A program made the translations under genes and the position numbers. This document shows, one piece after another, positions 1 through 9,271 of a stretch of 32,000 bases of DNA (positions are counted from its first letter, which is position 1; every line of letters starts with the position of its first letter). Location: contig JBAYVT010000002.1 in assembly GCA_041674405.1 (NCBI GenBank), forward strand, positions 30,001-62,000. Direction: 5' to 3'. The DNA comes from Patescibacteria group bacterium. GTDB lineage: Bacteria; Patescibacteriota; UBA1384; XYA2-FULL-43-10. The notes beneath the pieces were generated by a model. It had not been told where the DNA came from. It saw only the letters and a program-made list of their open reading frames with translations, and made no database searches.

Positions 1-673
1 CTTCAACCAAGACTTTGTCATCGTAATAAAGCGCGACTTCAATTTTATTTTCTAGATCCTTCTCATCCTTCACTTTCGCAATGCCGATTGAGGATCCAAG
101 ATGTACGGGTTTCACAAAAACCGGCCATTTCATTTTTTGGATTCGATCGACAATGAATTTTTTATTCGAATCCCAATCTTTTTTACGGAAAACTCCATAT
201 TTAGTTGTCGGAATTCCATTTACTTCACAAAGTTGCTTGGTAAGTGCTTTATCCATTGAAATTGCCGAGGACGCCACATCACAACCGACGTAGGGAACAT
301 CCAACATCTCAAACAATCCCTGTATTGTCCCATCCTCGCCATATGCTCCATGAAAAGCCGGAAAAGCGAGATCGATTGTGATCGATTTCCCAACAATCCC
401 CTTTTTCTTAAAGACCATTTTCCCGCGCGAATTCTGAAGGTCGAGAAGGTATTGTTTGAAGGAGGTTTTTTCTTCTATCCTCACCTTGGGATCGGTAAAA
501 CTGGCAAGTTTGCCCAAAGATTCATCAATCATCCATTCACCATCGCGCGTGATATATACTGGAACTACATCATACCCTAGTCCACAAAGTCCGGAAATTA
601 TCAACTGGCCGGTAATAATTGAAACATCGTGCTCGGTACTCCGGCTGCCAAAGAATACACCAATTGTTTTCAT
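1..673 (-). CDS. ddl: D-alanine--D-alanine ligase (N-terminal ~224 codons; gene runs off the left window edge)
   Basis: Hand translation of the minus strand from ATG 673..671 gives MKTIGVFFGSRSTEHDVSIITGQ...AFPAFHGAYGEDGTIQGLFEMLDVPYVGC...WPVFVKPVHLGSSIGI, a typical Ddl ATP-grasp pattern. It is absent from the ORF track because no stop falls in the window. It starts 10 nt downstream of the murF stop. Confidence 0.85.
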   Translation of the reverse strand, partial: MKTIGVFFGSRSTEHDVSIITGQLIISGLCGLGYDVVPVYITRDGEWMIDESLGKLASFTDPKVRIEEKTSFKQYLLDLQNSRGKMVFKKKGIVGKSITIDLAFPAFHGAYGEDGTIQGLFEMLDVPYVGCDVASSAISMDKALTKQLCEVNGIPTTKYGVFRKKDWDSNKKFIVDRIQKMKWPVFVKPVHLGSSIGIAKVKDEKDLENKIEVALYYDDKVLVE

Positions 674-683
674 GTTTCTCCTT

Positions 684-2066
684 TTAGATGTGCTGATCTC
701 CCCAATCATTTTGAAAAAGTATAACATCACCCGGTTGTAGAATCTTGGATAATGAATCATGCGCCGATTTCGCCGTTTCGTGCCAGATAATATTTTTATC
801 GTCAAAACCAGCATTTTTAAGTCCTTCGGCAATATATGGGGTCGCGCTATTTTTAATAAGAATTACCTTGTCGGCAACCGCTGATAATTTTTTGCCAATT
901 TCGGTGTGAACATTTTTATTTTGGCTGCCGGACTCAACCAAACCAGGAGTGATGAACAATTTACGCCTATCAGTAAATGTTGCAAGTACTTTGATTGCCT
1001 CTGTTACCCCTTGGGGGTTGCCGTTGTAGCTGTCATCAATCACAAGAACACCACCAGCACCCATGATTGGCTCAAGTCGGTGATTGACCGGTTTGATTTC
1101 GGAGATACCTCGTTTGATTTCAGCATTTTCCATACCAAGAGATTTTGCTACAAGATTGGCAGCTTGAACATCACCCAAAATGTATTCGCCCAGAATAGGA
1201 ATCTCAATTTCTCCCAGCTCTGCAATCTCCGCTTTCCAGTGTAATTTGTCCACATCAAACTTTTTTGCTTTAACATCATTCGTGCTGAAGAATTTGACTT
1301 CTCTTGTACTGCAGTATTTTTCGTAATATTTTTTCACATTTTCATCATCGGCGTTTAAAAACACTCTGGCATTAGGTTTTGCATTTTCCACCGCTTCGAA
1401 AATTGTCGCGGCAATTCTCTCGATGCTGCCAATCCGCTCAAAGTGTGCCTCGTTGATACCGCTAATAACTTGAATATCTGGAGGAAAGATCCCGGCAATT
1501 CGTTTATTATCACCTTGATATTCTTCTCCAAATTCAACAATTAACATCTCTGAAGTTTTCTTATAATTTTTGATTATCCACGAGCTCATGCCAACAGCAG
1601 TATTGATGCTTTCACCCGGTGCCAACACCTTATATTTTTGCTTGAGCACAGATTCTATTACGTTTTTAAGTGTAGTCTTACCGTAACTGCCGGCGATGCC
1701 GATAATTTTCAGCTTGGAATTTTTGACCAAATTCCGTGCTCGATTCATAACTATCTTCTTGGCCACATAATCAAAAGGGCTTAAAATCAGCAGCGAAAGC
1801 GTAAAATATATCGGCGCAATAAAAAACGAAATTATTATCCAGATAACGCCAGCCAATGTCCCGAGTGTTAAAAATAGGTAGGTCGATACCGCAAAAATCG
1901 CGAACGAAAGAAGTGCCAGAAGCATTATTTTCTTTGTCCATACTAATCTTTTTCGAAGCGGTACATTTGCTTTATAAAACCCGCGGCGAAACAAAAGCCG
2001 AAAGTACCGAATTATTTCGTAATTCTCAATTTGCAAAAGATAAAGCTGATATGTAAGTGGATTCAT
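684..2066 (-). CDS. murF: Mur ligase, MurF-like (UDP-MurNAc-tripeptide--D-Ala-D-Ala ligase) with a hydrophobic N-terminus
   Basis: P-loop GIAGSYGKTT. The C-domain motif VIDDSYNGNP matches the MurF-type DDSYNANP. The gene lies directly upstream of ddl. Residues ~45-100 form two predicted TM helices (IMLLALLSFAIFAVSTYLFL, VIWIIISFFIAPIYFTLSLLIL). Confidence 0.75.
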   Translation of the reverse strand: MNPLTYQLYLLQIENYEIIRYFRLLFRRGFYKANVPLRKRLVWTKKIMLLALLSFAIFAVSTYLFLTLGTLAGVIWIIISFFIAPIYFTLSLLILSPFDYVAKKIVMNRARNLVKNSKLKIIGIAGSYGKTTLKNVIESVLKQKYKVLAPGESINTAVGMSSWIIKNYKKTSEMLIVEFGEEYQGDNKRIAGIFPPDIQVISGINEAHFERIGSIERIAATIFEAVENAKPNARVFLNADDENVKKYYEKYCSTREVKFFSTNDVKAKKFDVDKLHWKAEIAELGEIEIPILGEYILGDVQAANLVAKSLGMENAEIKRGISEIKPVNHRLEPIMGAGGVLVIDDSYNGNPQGVTEAIKVLATFTDRRKLFITPGLVESGSQNKNVHTEIGKKLSAVADKVILIKNSATPYIAEGLKNAGFDDKNIIWHETAKSAHDSLSKILQPGDVILFQNDWGDQHI

Positions 2067-2815
2067 TCTATAAATTCGTTTAGTAATTTAGTAAATTCTG
2101 CCGGCTTCTCCAAGAAACTAAAATGGCCGGCATTTTTGACAATTTCGAGACGTGAATCTTTTATTTTTTTATGTATTACTCTTGCGTCTTCGATCGGCGT
2201 AGATTCATCATCTTCTCCCCAAACAACTAATGTCGGTGCATCAATTTTTGAAAGAAAAACGCTCAAGTCTTCGCTGATAAGATTTTTGTAGGTCTCCCTA
2301 AGTTCGGACGTTTCAAGATAGTCCTCAGAACCAATCCGTTTATAAATTAATTTTCTCAGCCCTTGCATAAACTTTGGTTTGAAAAATGGCTTGGCAATTT
2401 TTGCCATTCGATTATAATTGTCAGCCTTCGGTGATCTAATGCCTGCGCTATCGACTAGGACTAATCGAGATACCAGATCAGAATATTCAACGGAGAGTTT
2501 GATCGCAATCCGACCGCCGAATGAATGTCCGACGATAATCACTTTTTCACACCCAAGCTTGTCAATCAATCCAGCGACGACTTTTGCATAATCGGACACG
2601 GTAAAGACCGTACTTGGCTTCGGTGAAGATCCAAATCCCGGTAGATCAACAAGATAAATTGAAAATAAATTCTGATCAATCGAGTCGGCAACATTTTTCC
2701 AAACCATGCCATCCGATCTCCAGCCATGCAAAAAAACAATGGCTTTTTTGCCAGTGCCAAATTTGTAATACGATACTAGCGTTCCACCAATATTAAGCTG
2801 CTCTTTCATAGCCAA
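2063..2815 (-). CDS. alpha/beta-fold hydrolase
   Basis: HGW oxyanion region (VFLHGWRSD). Nucleophile elbow GHSFGG. C-terminal NAGHF histidine. 4-nt overlap with the murF start. Confidence 0.8.
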   Translation of the reverse strand: MAMKEQLNIGGTLVSYYKFGTGKKAIVFLHGWRSDGMVWKNVADSIDQNLFSIYLVDLPGFGSSPKPSTVFTVSDYAKVVAGLIDKLGCEKVIIVGHSFGGRIAIKLSVEYSDLVSRLVLVDSAGIRSPKADNYNRMAKIAKPFFKPKFMQGLRKLIYKRIGSEDYLETSELRETYKNLISEDLSVFLSKIDAPTLVVWGEDDESTPIEDARVIHKKIKDSRLEIVKNAGHFSFLEKPAEFTKLLNEFIE

Positions 2816-2867
2816 AATTATAGCAAAAATTGGCCAAAATAGCCATTATTTATGGCAAAGAAGCAAA

Positions 2868-3287
2868 TCAAAGTTTCGTTAGATATTCGAGCACTTTTGG
2901 ATGGATTGAGGTTGTAAAATATTTTGTAACTTCTGTCGGCTTTATCCACATAAGTTCTTTGAATGATTCCCCGGCTTGCTCCATCCCCTCATATGGCTCA
3001 CAAAGATAATAGATCGAAAGAAATTCCTGTTTTTCCGGATAGGTTTTGGCAAAAACGACTTCTTTAACGCGAACTTCAATTCCGGTTTTCTTTTTAACTT
3101 CTTTAATCAGACTGAATTCCAAATCTTCCTCATAACCCGGTCTGCCACCAGGAAAACACCATGAAAGCTTAGGAATGTTAGGGTCATTTTCACGCTTACC
3201 AATCAAAATCTTTTTTTGTTTCTCGTCGTAAACTATCGCCAACAAATTCACTACAAATACTCCTTTTCCAAAAATATTGAAATCCAT
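2868..3287 (-). CDS. Nudix-fold protein with a degenerate Nudix box
   Basis: GRPGYEEDLEFSLIKEVKKKTGI aligns to GX5EX7REUXEEXGU, but REUXEE reads KEVKKK. Confidence 0.75.
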   Translation of the reverse strand: MDFNIFGKGVFVVNLLAIVYDEKQKKILIGKRENDPNIPKLSWCFPGGRPGYEEDLEFSLIKEVKKKTGIEVRVKEVVFAKTYPEKQEFLSIYYLCEPYEGMEQAGESFKELMWIKPTEVTKYFTTSIHPKVLEYLTKL

Positions 3288-3749
3288 TTACTTCCTTTCT
3301 TTTGATACAAATTTTAAGATACTGATGTTTGATATTTGAAAAATTTTAACTATTTCAACAATTATGGTTATCACTACCCCCATCATACTTAATATGATAA
3401 ATATTTTTACCATAAGATCGGTCCATGAAGGTGCCGAAACAGCGGAAAAATCAAATGGATATGTCAAATACAATGCGTACATAGGCATAATTGAAATTAC
3501 TGCCAAAAATATCAGTATGATATTTCTAAAGATTATTCGGTCATAGATCAGAAGAATAGTATTCCCTAAAATTTGGGCAAAAAAATTTAGAACGAACAGC
3601 AAGATAGCGGCAATAGCTGAGTCCTTCAAAAATTTTAAATGCCAGTCAGGTAACTTGTAAAAAATTATTAGCAATATGATGTTCACTAACATTGAAAAAA
3701 CGTAATCCACCTTGTGAGATTTCGCTGCTTGCTTAATCATTGTTTGCAC
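3288..3749 (-). CDS. hypothetical integral membrane protein (~4 TM)
   Basis: Long ORF with four hydrophobic segments. It abuts the Nudix start with no gap. I recognise no family. Confidence 0.5.
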   Translation of the reverse strand: MQTMIKQAAKSHKVDYVFSMLVNIILLIIFYKLPDWHLKFLKDSAIAAILLFVLNFFAQILGNTILLIYDRIIFRNIILIFLAVISIMPMYALYLTYPFDFSAVSAPSWTDLMVKIFIILSMMGVVITIIVEIVKIFQISNISILKFVSKERK

Positions 3750-3758
3750 TATAGCACA

Positions 3759-4355
3759 TCATTTTACTTCTGTCGCATTAGCAAATCTTCTTTCGCACAC
3801 TGACCAATCAATTGCATTTATGATTGCCTCAATGTATCCATCGCGCTTTGTACCGTAGTCCAGCATGTATGCATGCTCGAAGGCATCTACAACTAGTATT
3901 GGCTCGCATCCAGCAAGATGTCCGGTGTCGTGTTCTCCAACCCAGACATTGAGTAGTTTGTCACCGATTTTATCATAATAAATTACAAGCCAGCCGATAC
4001 CGCGCATCGTGAGCATTCGTTTAAATGATTCTCGCCACCTGTCAATCGACCCAAATTCGCTCGCTAAATACTTATGTAATTTCGAGGATGGATCTTGCTC
4101 TTTCCCGCTTTTGATTAAATTTCCAAAATATAGCTCGTGCAGCCGCATGCCGTTCCACTCCCAGCCCATCCGGCGCTTCAATTCGGAAAAACAGCGAGAT
4201 TCAAAATCACCAGATTCCGCCATCTTGGAATTTTCCTCGATTAGGCCATTGATATTCTTTACGTAACCCTGATAGAGAGTGAAATGATTTTTAAGAAGCT
4301 CTTCAGAAAACCCTTTTGTTCCGATCAACTCTTCAAAATTTTTTGCCTCATACAT
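3759..4355 (-). CDS. Fe/Mn-family superoxide dismutase
   Basis: DAFEHAYMLDY matches the SOD DxWEHAYY signature (Asp and His ligands). N-terminal NHFTLYQGYV and LHELYF supply the other His ligands. Confidence 0.8.
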   Translation of the reverse strand: MYEAKNFEELIGTKGFSEELLKNHFTLYQGYVKNINGLIEENSKMAESGDFESRCFSELKRRMGWEWNGMRLHELYFGNLIKSGKEQDPSSKLHKYLASEFGSIDRWRESFKRMLTMRGIGWLVIYYDKIGDKLLNVWVGEHDTGHLAGCEPILVVDAFEHAYMLDYGTKRDGYIEAIINAIDWSVCERRFANATEVK

Positions 4356-4427
4356 GATCCTCCTTGTTTATAATAATTCAACAATAATTATACTACGCGG
4401 TTATTCAAATTCGTTCATAATTTCTTA

Positions 4428-4470
4428 CAACAAAAAGCCTTGCACTGCCACTCCGGGAGTGGCAGTGCAA
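4428..4470 (-). terminator. rho-independent terminator after the aminopeptidase gene
   Basis: Perfect 14-bp stem (4440-4453 / 4457-4470, TTGCACTGCCACTC...GAGTGGCAGTGCAA). On the minus strand it is followed by GGCTTTTTGTTG. Confidence 0.8.
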
Positions 4471-4488
4471 AGTTAATCAACGGAGTTT

Positions 4489-4527
4489 ACTTTATGGACT
4501 TTACGAACTTTACCGACTTTATGGACT
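4489..4527. repeat. 9-bp tandem repeat, 4.3 copies (ACTTTAnnn)
   Basis: ACTTTATGG ACTTTACGA ACTTTACCG ACTTTATGG ACT, lying immediately 3' of the aminopeptidase stop codon on the minus strand. Confidence 0.8.
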
Positions 4528-4529
4528 AA

Positions 4530-5603
4530 TTATATCTTCCAGGCCCCATTTTCCTGTATTACTTTACCGTCGAGAATGATTTTACCCCTCTTCATATCCT
4601 TAACAATATCCCAATGGATCGCCGAGTCGTTTCCCCCACCATTTTCCTTGTATGCCATACCGAGAGCGAGGTGAATGGTTCCGATTATTTTCTCATCGAA
4701 CAATAAATTCCTAGTAAATTTTTTAATTTTGGGGTTCAGACCAATTCCAAATTCTCCCAAATATGATGAGTTACTGTCGGTCTTTAATTGTTCTTTTAAA
4801 AAATTCTTATTTTTTGAGCAATCTGATTTAATTACCTTGCCTTGATTAAATTCCAGATAAATATCCGGCACTTCTTTTCCCGCCTCAATTGCCGGGAAAT
4901 CAAATTTGATCCAGCCTTTTGCTGATTCCCGAACTGGTGCCATAAAAATTTCGCCACAGGGGATGTTGTCGCCTTCCATATCGTTGGCAACTTTATCACC
5001 ATGAATATCAAACTCAAGATCAACGTTTTTTCCCAAAAGATGAACGTGCTTGCCAGCCCTGAACTTACCGGAGACTTTGTTAATATTCTTTTTTACTTTA
5101 TCCCAATCTTGAATCTCTGCCCCAAATACAAAATCCTCGTATTCATGAATTGACATCTCCGCTTCTTGAGCTAAGGCCTGGCAAGGATAACCAACTGATG
5201 CACGTCTGATTTTTCCCCTCTCATTGCAAATATAGTTTGTTATCGGATGAGTCACCGATTCGCGTATCATCATTTTGGACGGATCGACACTGGTCATTTC
5301 TTTTGTATTGGAGTCGGTCACAATTCCAATGTAATACTGTGCATTTTTTGCAGTATAATCGAGAATTTCCGGAAATTTTTTTAGGTGATGATCTTTTGCA
5401 TATTTGTAAAATAATGGTCCAAGACCAGGCAATGAAAGTCGCAAAACCGGGTGTGCACCTGCTTTCAGAACTTCGATATAAAGCGCTTCTACAAATGCTG
5501 CCGCTTCTGTCGAGCCAGAAATTACAACATTTGAGTCGTGTTTCACCTTCAAAAAATATCTGACGACTAATTGCGCGAGCTTTTTTGTTCTTGGGTCAAT
5601 CAT
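4530..5603 (-). CDS. M29-family aminopeptidase (AmpS/PepS/aminopeptidase T-like)
   Basis: Length and N-terminus ([30 protein letters not shown]) plus the C-terminal GIGLNP...HWDIV pattern are typical of thermophilic metalloprotease M29. Confidence 0.7.
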   Translation of the reverse strand: MIDPRTKKLAQLVVRYFLKVKHDSNVVISGSTEAAAFVEALYIEVLKAGAHPVLRLSLPGLGPLFYKYAKDHHLKKFPEILDYTAKNAQYYIGIVTDSNTKEMTSVDPSKMMIRESVTHPITNYICNERGKIRRASVGYPCQALAQEAEMSIHEYEDFVFGAEIQDWDKVKKNINKVSGKFRAGKHVHLLGKNVDLEFDIHGDKVANDMEGDNIPCGEIFMAPVRESAKGWIKFDFPAIEAGKEVPDIYLEFNQGKVIKSDCSKNKNFLKEQLKTDSNSSYLGEFGIGLNPKIKKFTRNLLFDEKIIGTIHLALGMAYKENGGGNDSAIHWDIVKDMKRGKIILDGKVIQENGAWKI

Positions 5604-6181
5604 TTCGTAATAACCTTATCAATTAGACCATAGTCTTTTGCCATTTTGGCATCCATGTAGAAATCGCGGTCGAGATCTTTTTCGATTTTTGATTCGGATT
5701 GGCCAGTGTTTTGCGCCATGATTTTAGTCAGATTTTTCTTTGTTTTCAAGATATGCTCGGCATTAATCGCGATGTCAGAAGCTTGGCCTTCTGCTCCACC
5801 CAGTGGCTGATGAATCATGACTTCGGCATTTGGCAAGGCAAATCTTTTGCCTTTTTCACCTGAGGACAAAACCCAGGCACCGCCTGATGCCGCCATACCA
5901 ACACAGACCGTCGAAACTGGTGCTTTCACATAATTCATCGTATCGATTATCGCCAAAGTTGCTGTCACCGATCCACCTGGTGAATTTACGTACATATTAA
6001 TGTCTTTTTTTGAATCTTCCGAATCAAGAAATAAAAGTTGGGCAATAATAATATTGGCCAAATCATCAGTGATCGGTCCGCCCAAAAAAACAATTCTGTC
6101 TTTTAGAAGCCGTGAGTATATATCATAAGCCCTCTCTCCTTCAAAAGTTTTTTCTACTACCGTAGGAACTAGATATGACAT
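5600..6181 (-). CDS. clpP: ATP-dependent Clp protease proteolytic subunit
   Basis: [20 protein letters not shown]. Catalytic Ser in GMAAS and His in MIHQPLGG. Confidence 0.95.
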   Translation of the reverse strand: MSYLVPTVVEKTFEGERAYDIYSRLLKDRIVFLGGPITDDLANIIIAQLLFLDSEDSKKDINMYVNSPGGSVTATLAIIDTMNYVKAPVSTVCVGMAASGGAWVLSSGEKGKRFALPNAEVMIHQPLGGAEGQASDIAINAEHILKTKKNLTKIMAQNTGQSESKIEKDLDRDFYMDAKMAKDYGLIDKVITK

Positions 6182-6501
6182 GATTCTCCTTTGTTTAAAT
6201 GTGATATACCCACATTATGATAAATACCTGATATTTTGCTTAATAAAAAAATCAATATCTGTTAAATCAACATAGCAAAAACGAGCTTTGTCTTCAATAT
6301 ATAGATGCAAAATCGTTATACAGCACTTATTTTAGATAGCCTTTTTTGTGCAATATATCCGGGATATTTATTACTTTTGAACAAGGCAACTCGCCCATTG
6401 AAAATTATCGCCCCGATTACACAAGGGCGAAACCGCGCGGCACGGATATCATTCAGATACTTTTCGTCGATAGCTTTTTCCGGTTCTTGGATAATAATTG
6501 T

Positions 6502-7779
6502 TTAAGCGATAAAATCCATCATTGATACAGATTTTTTAGCCTCAGAATACTGATTGTAGCGCAAGCTTATGAAGATTCCGAAAGACAAAATGAATATCGA
6601 CAGGGCGACCATTGCTACAAATGGAGAAGTCGCATCCGATATTCCTCCTACTGCGAGAGCAGGGATCGACATCGCAAGATTGATAAGCATAGAAACAATA
6701 CCAAACACTCTTCCTCGGAAATGTCCTTCCGTTTTAATATGAAGGAATGTCTGTGCTGAGATATAAATAATGGAACAGCCAAACCCCAGAGCAATAACAA
6801 GCAGAGTTACAATCAATCTCGAGAAAATGAAAGTGTGATAAAATTTGAATCCTGAAAACATTAGCAGAGCCAAACCCACAGCAAGGAAAGGCCAATTAGT
6901 ACTAAAATCAAAATTAAATTTTCGCCGTCTCTCAAGGATATATGCCGCAATTATCATTCCGATACCCGCAGGAGCAATAACATAAGGACCAACCAATTCT
7001 GCCGGTAAGGATAGGACGCTCGTTCCGAAACCTGGCAACAAGACCACAAAAGAGCCCAGTGCGACCCAGCCGACGGTAAGTTTAGCCATCATTCTAAAAA
7101 TCTGGCGATTTTTTAAGCTATACGCTATTCCCTCTTTAGTCGATTTCCAGATACTTTCAATGTCCGGTGCGAGAGTTGAGAGAGATATTGGCTTGGTTTC
7201 TTTCAAATCATAGTTTGTCATCCTATTCACTGAAAGGGTTGCAATCAGATAAAACAAGCCGCAGATCAGAAACAAAAATAAGGGAGAACTAACTCTCATT
7301 ATCGGACCAGCCAGCGAATAGCCGACCAGAAGCGTTGCATATGTTGTCGTTACAATTAATGAATTCGCTGCGATCAATTTCTCCTTAGGCACTATGAGTG
7401 GAATTGAGGCTTGCTCGGCCGGAGAAAAAAATTGTGCAACAGAAGAAATTATAAATATAATTTCCAAGAGAGCCAAAACGTTGCTTTGGGCAAAGATTAG
7501 AAGAACTACAGCAACAAATCTTAGAAAATTGGTAAGTATCAAAATTTTCTTATAATTGAACCTATCCGCAAAAACTCCGGAAAAAGGCCCGAGAAGAACC
7601 GATGGTATTGCAGAAGCAATTAATACGAGTGAAATTGCGGTCGTCGAATTTGTAAGCTGATAAATATGCAAGATCAATGCAAAATTCAACATATTTAGAG
7701 CAACCTGCGAAGTCCATTGCGAAGTCCAGAGTTTGAAAAAATCTTTGTATTTAAGCACACTTACAAATGTAGATGACAC
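6502..7779 (-). CDS. MFS transporter
   Basis: 425 aa with ~12 hydrophobic segments. GPFSGVFADRF is a motif-A-like loop between TM2 and TM3. Confidence 0.7.
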   Translation of the reverse strand: MSSTFVSVLKYKDFFKLWTSQWTSQVALNMLNFALILHIYQLTNSTTAISLVLIASAIPSVLLGPFSGVFADRFNYKKILILTNFLRFVAVVLLIFAQSNVLALLEIIFIISSVAQFFSPAEQASIPLIVPKEKLIAANSLIVTTTYATLLVGYSLAGPIMRVSSPLFLFLICGLFYLIATLSVNRMTNYDLKETKPISLSTLAPDIESIWKSTKEGIAYSLKNRQIFRMMAKLTVGWVALGSFVVLLPGFGTSVLSLPAELVGPYVIAPAGIGMIIAAYILERRRKFNFDFSTNWPFLAVGLALLMFSGFKFYHTFIFSRLIVTLLVIALGFGCSIIYISAQTFLHIKTEGHFRGRVFGIVSMLINLAMSIPALAVGGISDATSPFVAMVALSIFILSFGIFISLRYNQYSEAKKSVSMMDFIA

Positions 7780-7795
7780 GGACCCTCCGCGTTTG

Positions 7796-8995
7796 TTATT
7801 TCGTCAAAGTTTTTACCAGGTGGTCAAGAGCCTTTGCTCCCGCATCTTCCTTACTCGAATCAATTTTTTGGTCTTGAATAATTTTACCTAACATGAGACC
7901 AATTTTAACATTTTTGGTAGCCTGTTCGCGCATATCTTTGCGAATATCATCAATTTTTTTCTTCATATTTTCCAGATATTTTTCGAAACTCATTCCCGAA
8001 GATTCTACTTGTCCGCGAAAATGTTCTATCATTCTTTCTGTTTCCTGGATAATCAATATCTCGGGAATGTCAACTTTGAGAAGAGGTAATACTTTTTCGA
8101 TTACTGAAAGCTCAAGCTCGTTTTTGTATTTCGCATCAGTTTCTTTTTTGAGGCTATCCATGACAGCCGATTTTAATTCGGAAAATTTCTTGTGCCCATA
8201 ATGTTCTGCAAATTTGTCGTCGAGTTCGGGAAGGATGACCTCTTTGAGGTCTTCAAGTTTAACATTGAATTCTGCTTCCTTGCCGGAAAGTGTTTTCTCG
8301 TGATAATCTTTCGGAAATTTGATTTTAAAGGTTTTTTCTTCACCCTTTTTCATCCCCACAACTTCATCCTCAAATCCCGGAATCAGATTTCCTTCGCCCA
8401 AAATGATCGGGTGATTTTTTGAGCACATTGCATCAACTTTAACGCCCTTCTTAAAACCTTCATATGAAATTTCTGCCCGATCTCCCTTTTTTGCCGAGCG
8501 TTCAGCATCCTTAAATGTTGCTTTTTGTTTGCGCAAATGTTCTAAAATTTTTTCGACATCAGTTTCTTTTGGTTCTTCTTTTTTTGGTGCTTTCACTTTT
8601 AGTTTCGAATAATCCCCAAGCTCAATTTTGGGCATAACATCAATTTCGGCAGTATATTCCAAATTGTCCTTAATATCTAGTTCATCGATCGAAAAGTTCG
8701 GAGATTTTGTAATTTTGATATCTGGCTGCGATAGTGGCATAATTTTTTCGCTTGCAACCACTTCCGGATAACTTCCCCTTACAGCACAATCAATCCCTTC
8801 AGAAATGAGGCGATTGTGGCCAGCTGCAGATTCTACAATTTTGTACGGGGCCTTGCCGGGGCGGAATCCATCAAGCTTCATTCCGGATGCAACTTTTTCG
8901 TAAGCTTCACGAAAATATTTTGCAAGCTCTTTGGGTTCAACTAGAACTTCTAGTTTCACTCGGCTGTTTTTAAGATTTTCAAGTTTTACCTTCAT
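7796..8995 (-). CDS. tig: trigger factor
   Basis: N-terminal ribosome-binding motif GFRPGKAP. Central FKBP-like region GVKVDAMCSKNHPIILGEGNLIPGFEDEVVGMKKGE. Confidence 0.9.
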   Translation of the reverse strand: MKVKLENLKNSRVKLEVLVEPKELAKYFREAYEKVASGMKLDGFRPGKAPYKIVESAAGHNRLISEGIDCAVRGSYPEVVASEKIMPLSQPDIKITKSPNFSIDELDIKDNLEYTAEIDVMPKIELGDYSKLKVKAPKKEEPKETDVEKILEHLRKQKATFKDAERSAKKGDRAEISYEGFKKGVKVDAMCSKNHPIILGEGNLIPGFEDEVVGMKKGEEKTFKIKFPKDYHEKTLSGKEAEFNVKLEDLKEVILPELDDKFAEHYGHKKFSELKSAVMDSLKKETDAKYKNELELSVIEKVLPLLKVDIPEILIIQETERMIEHFRGQVESSGMSFEKYLENMKKKIDDIRKDMREQATKNVKIGLMLGKIIQDQKIDSSKEDAGAKALDHLVKTLTK

Positions 8996-9064
8996 AATAT
9001 TCCCAACAATAAAATAATAATTTACTCGTATAGATTATCATATTAAGACTAGGATTGAAAGTCT

Positions 9065-9094
9065 GGTAGCACAGGCGGAACCGCCTGTGCTACC
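9065..9094. repeat. perfect 14-bp inverted repeat / hairpin (GGTAGCACAGGCGG AA CCGCCTGTGCTACC)
   Basis: The reverse complement of the right arm equals the left arm exactly. It lies 25 nt past the small-ORF stop on the minus strand. No U-tract follows on either strand. Confidence 0.8.
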
Positions 9095-9118
9095 GACGGC
9101 AGCAGAGGGTGTGGGACG

Positions 9119-9271
9119 TTATCCGGGCCAGTTGGCCGGATCGTTGTCGGGGTCGTAGGTGACTGGCTTAGCCCGTTTGCGGGCATCATTCAGGATGATC
9201 AACAGGTCGGCAAACGGCACATCGGGTACTGAGTCCGAAGCTACCTGGTAATCGCCGGCATAACCACACAT
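9119..9271 (-). CDS. hypothetical 50-aa acidic protein in a GC-rich island
   Basis: Hand translation: MCGYAGDYQVASDSVPDVPFADLLIILNDARKRAKPVTYDPDNDPANWPG*. AGGAGG lies 7 nt upstream of the ATG. 32 of 49 third codon positions are G/C. It falls below the ORF-track length cutoff. Confidence 0.4.
   Translation of the reverse strand: MCGYAGDYQVASDSVPDVPFADLLIILNDARKRAKPVTYDPDNDPANWPG

Noticed and set aside
81-740. Plus-strand ORFs (70, 76 and 94 aa) at the left edge
   Set aside because: They overlap the minus-strand ddl coding region, which has strong family signatures.
6198-6216. 6-bp inverted repeat AATGTG-N7-CACATT in the clpP leader (possible heat-shock operator)
   Set aside because: It is too short to distinguish from chance in AT-rich DNA, and it matches neither the CtsR direct-repeat nor the CIRCE consensus.
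6305-6505. 66-aa plus-strand ORF in the clpP-MFS spacer
   Set aside because: It has no SD, its sequence is of odd composition and unrecognisable, and it overlaps the convergent MFS stop. It is probably a chance ORF.
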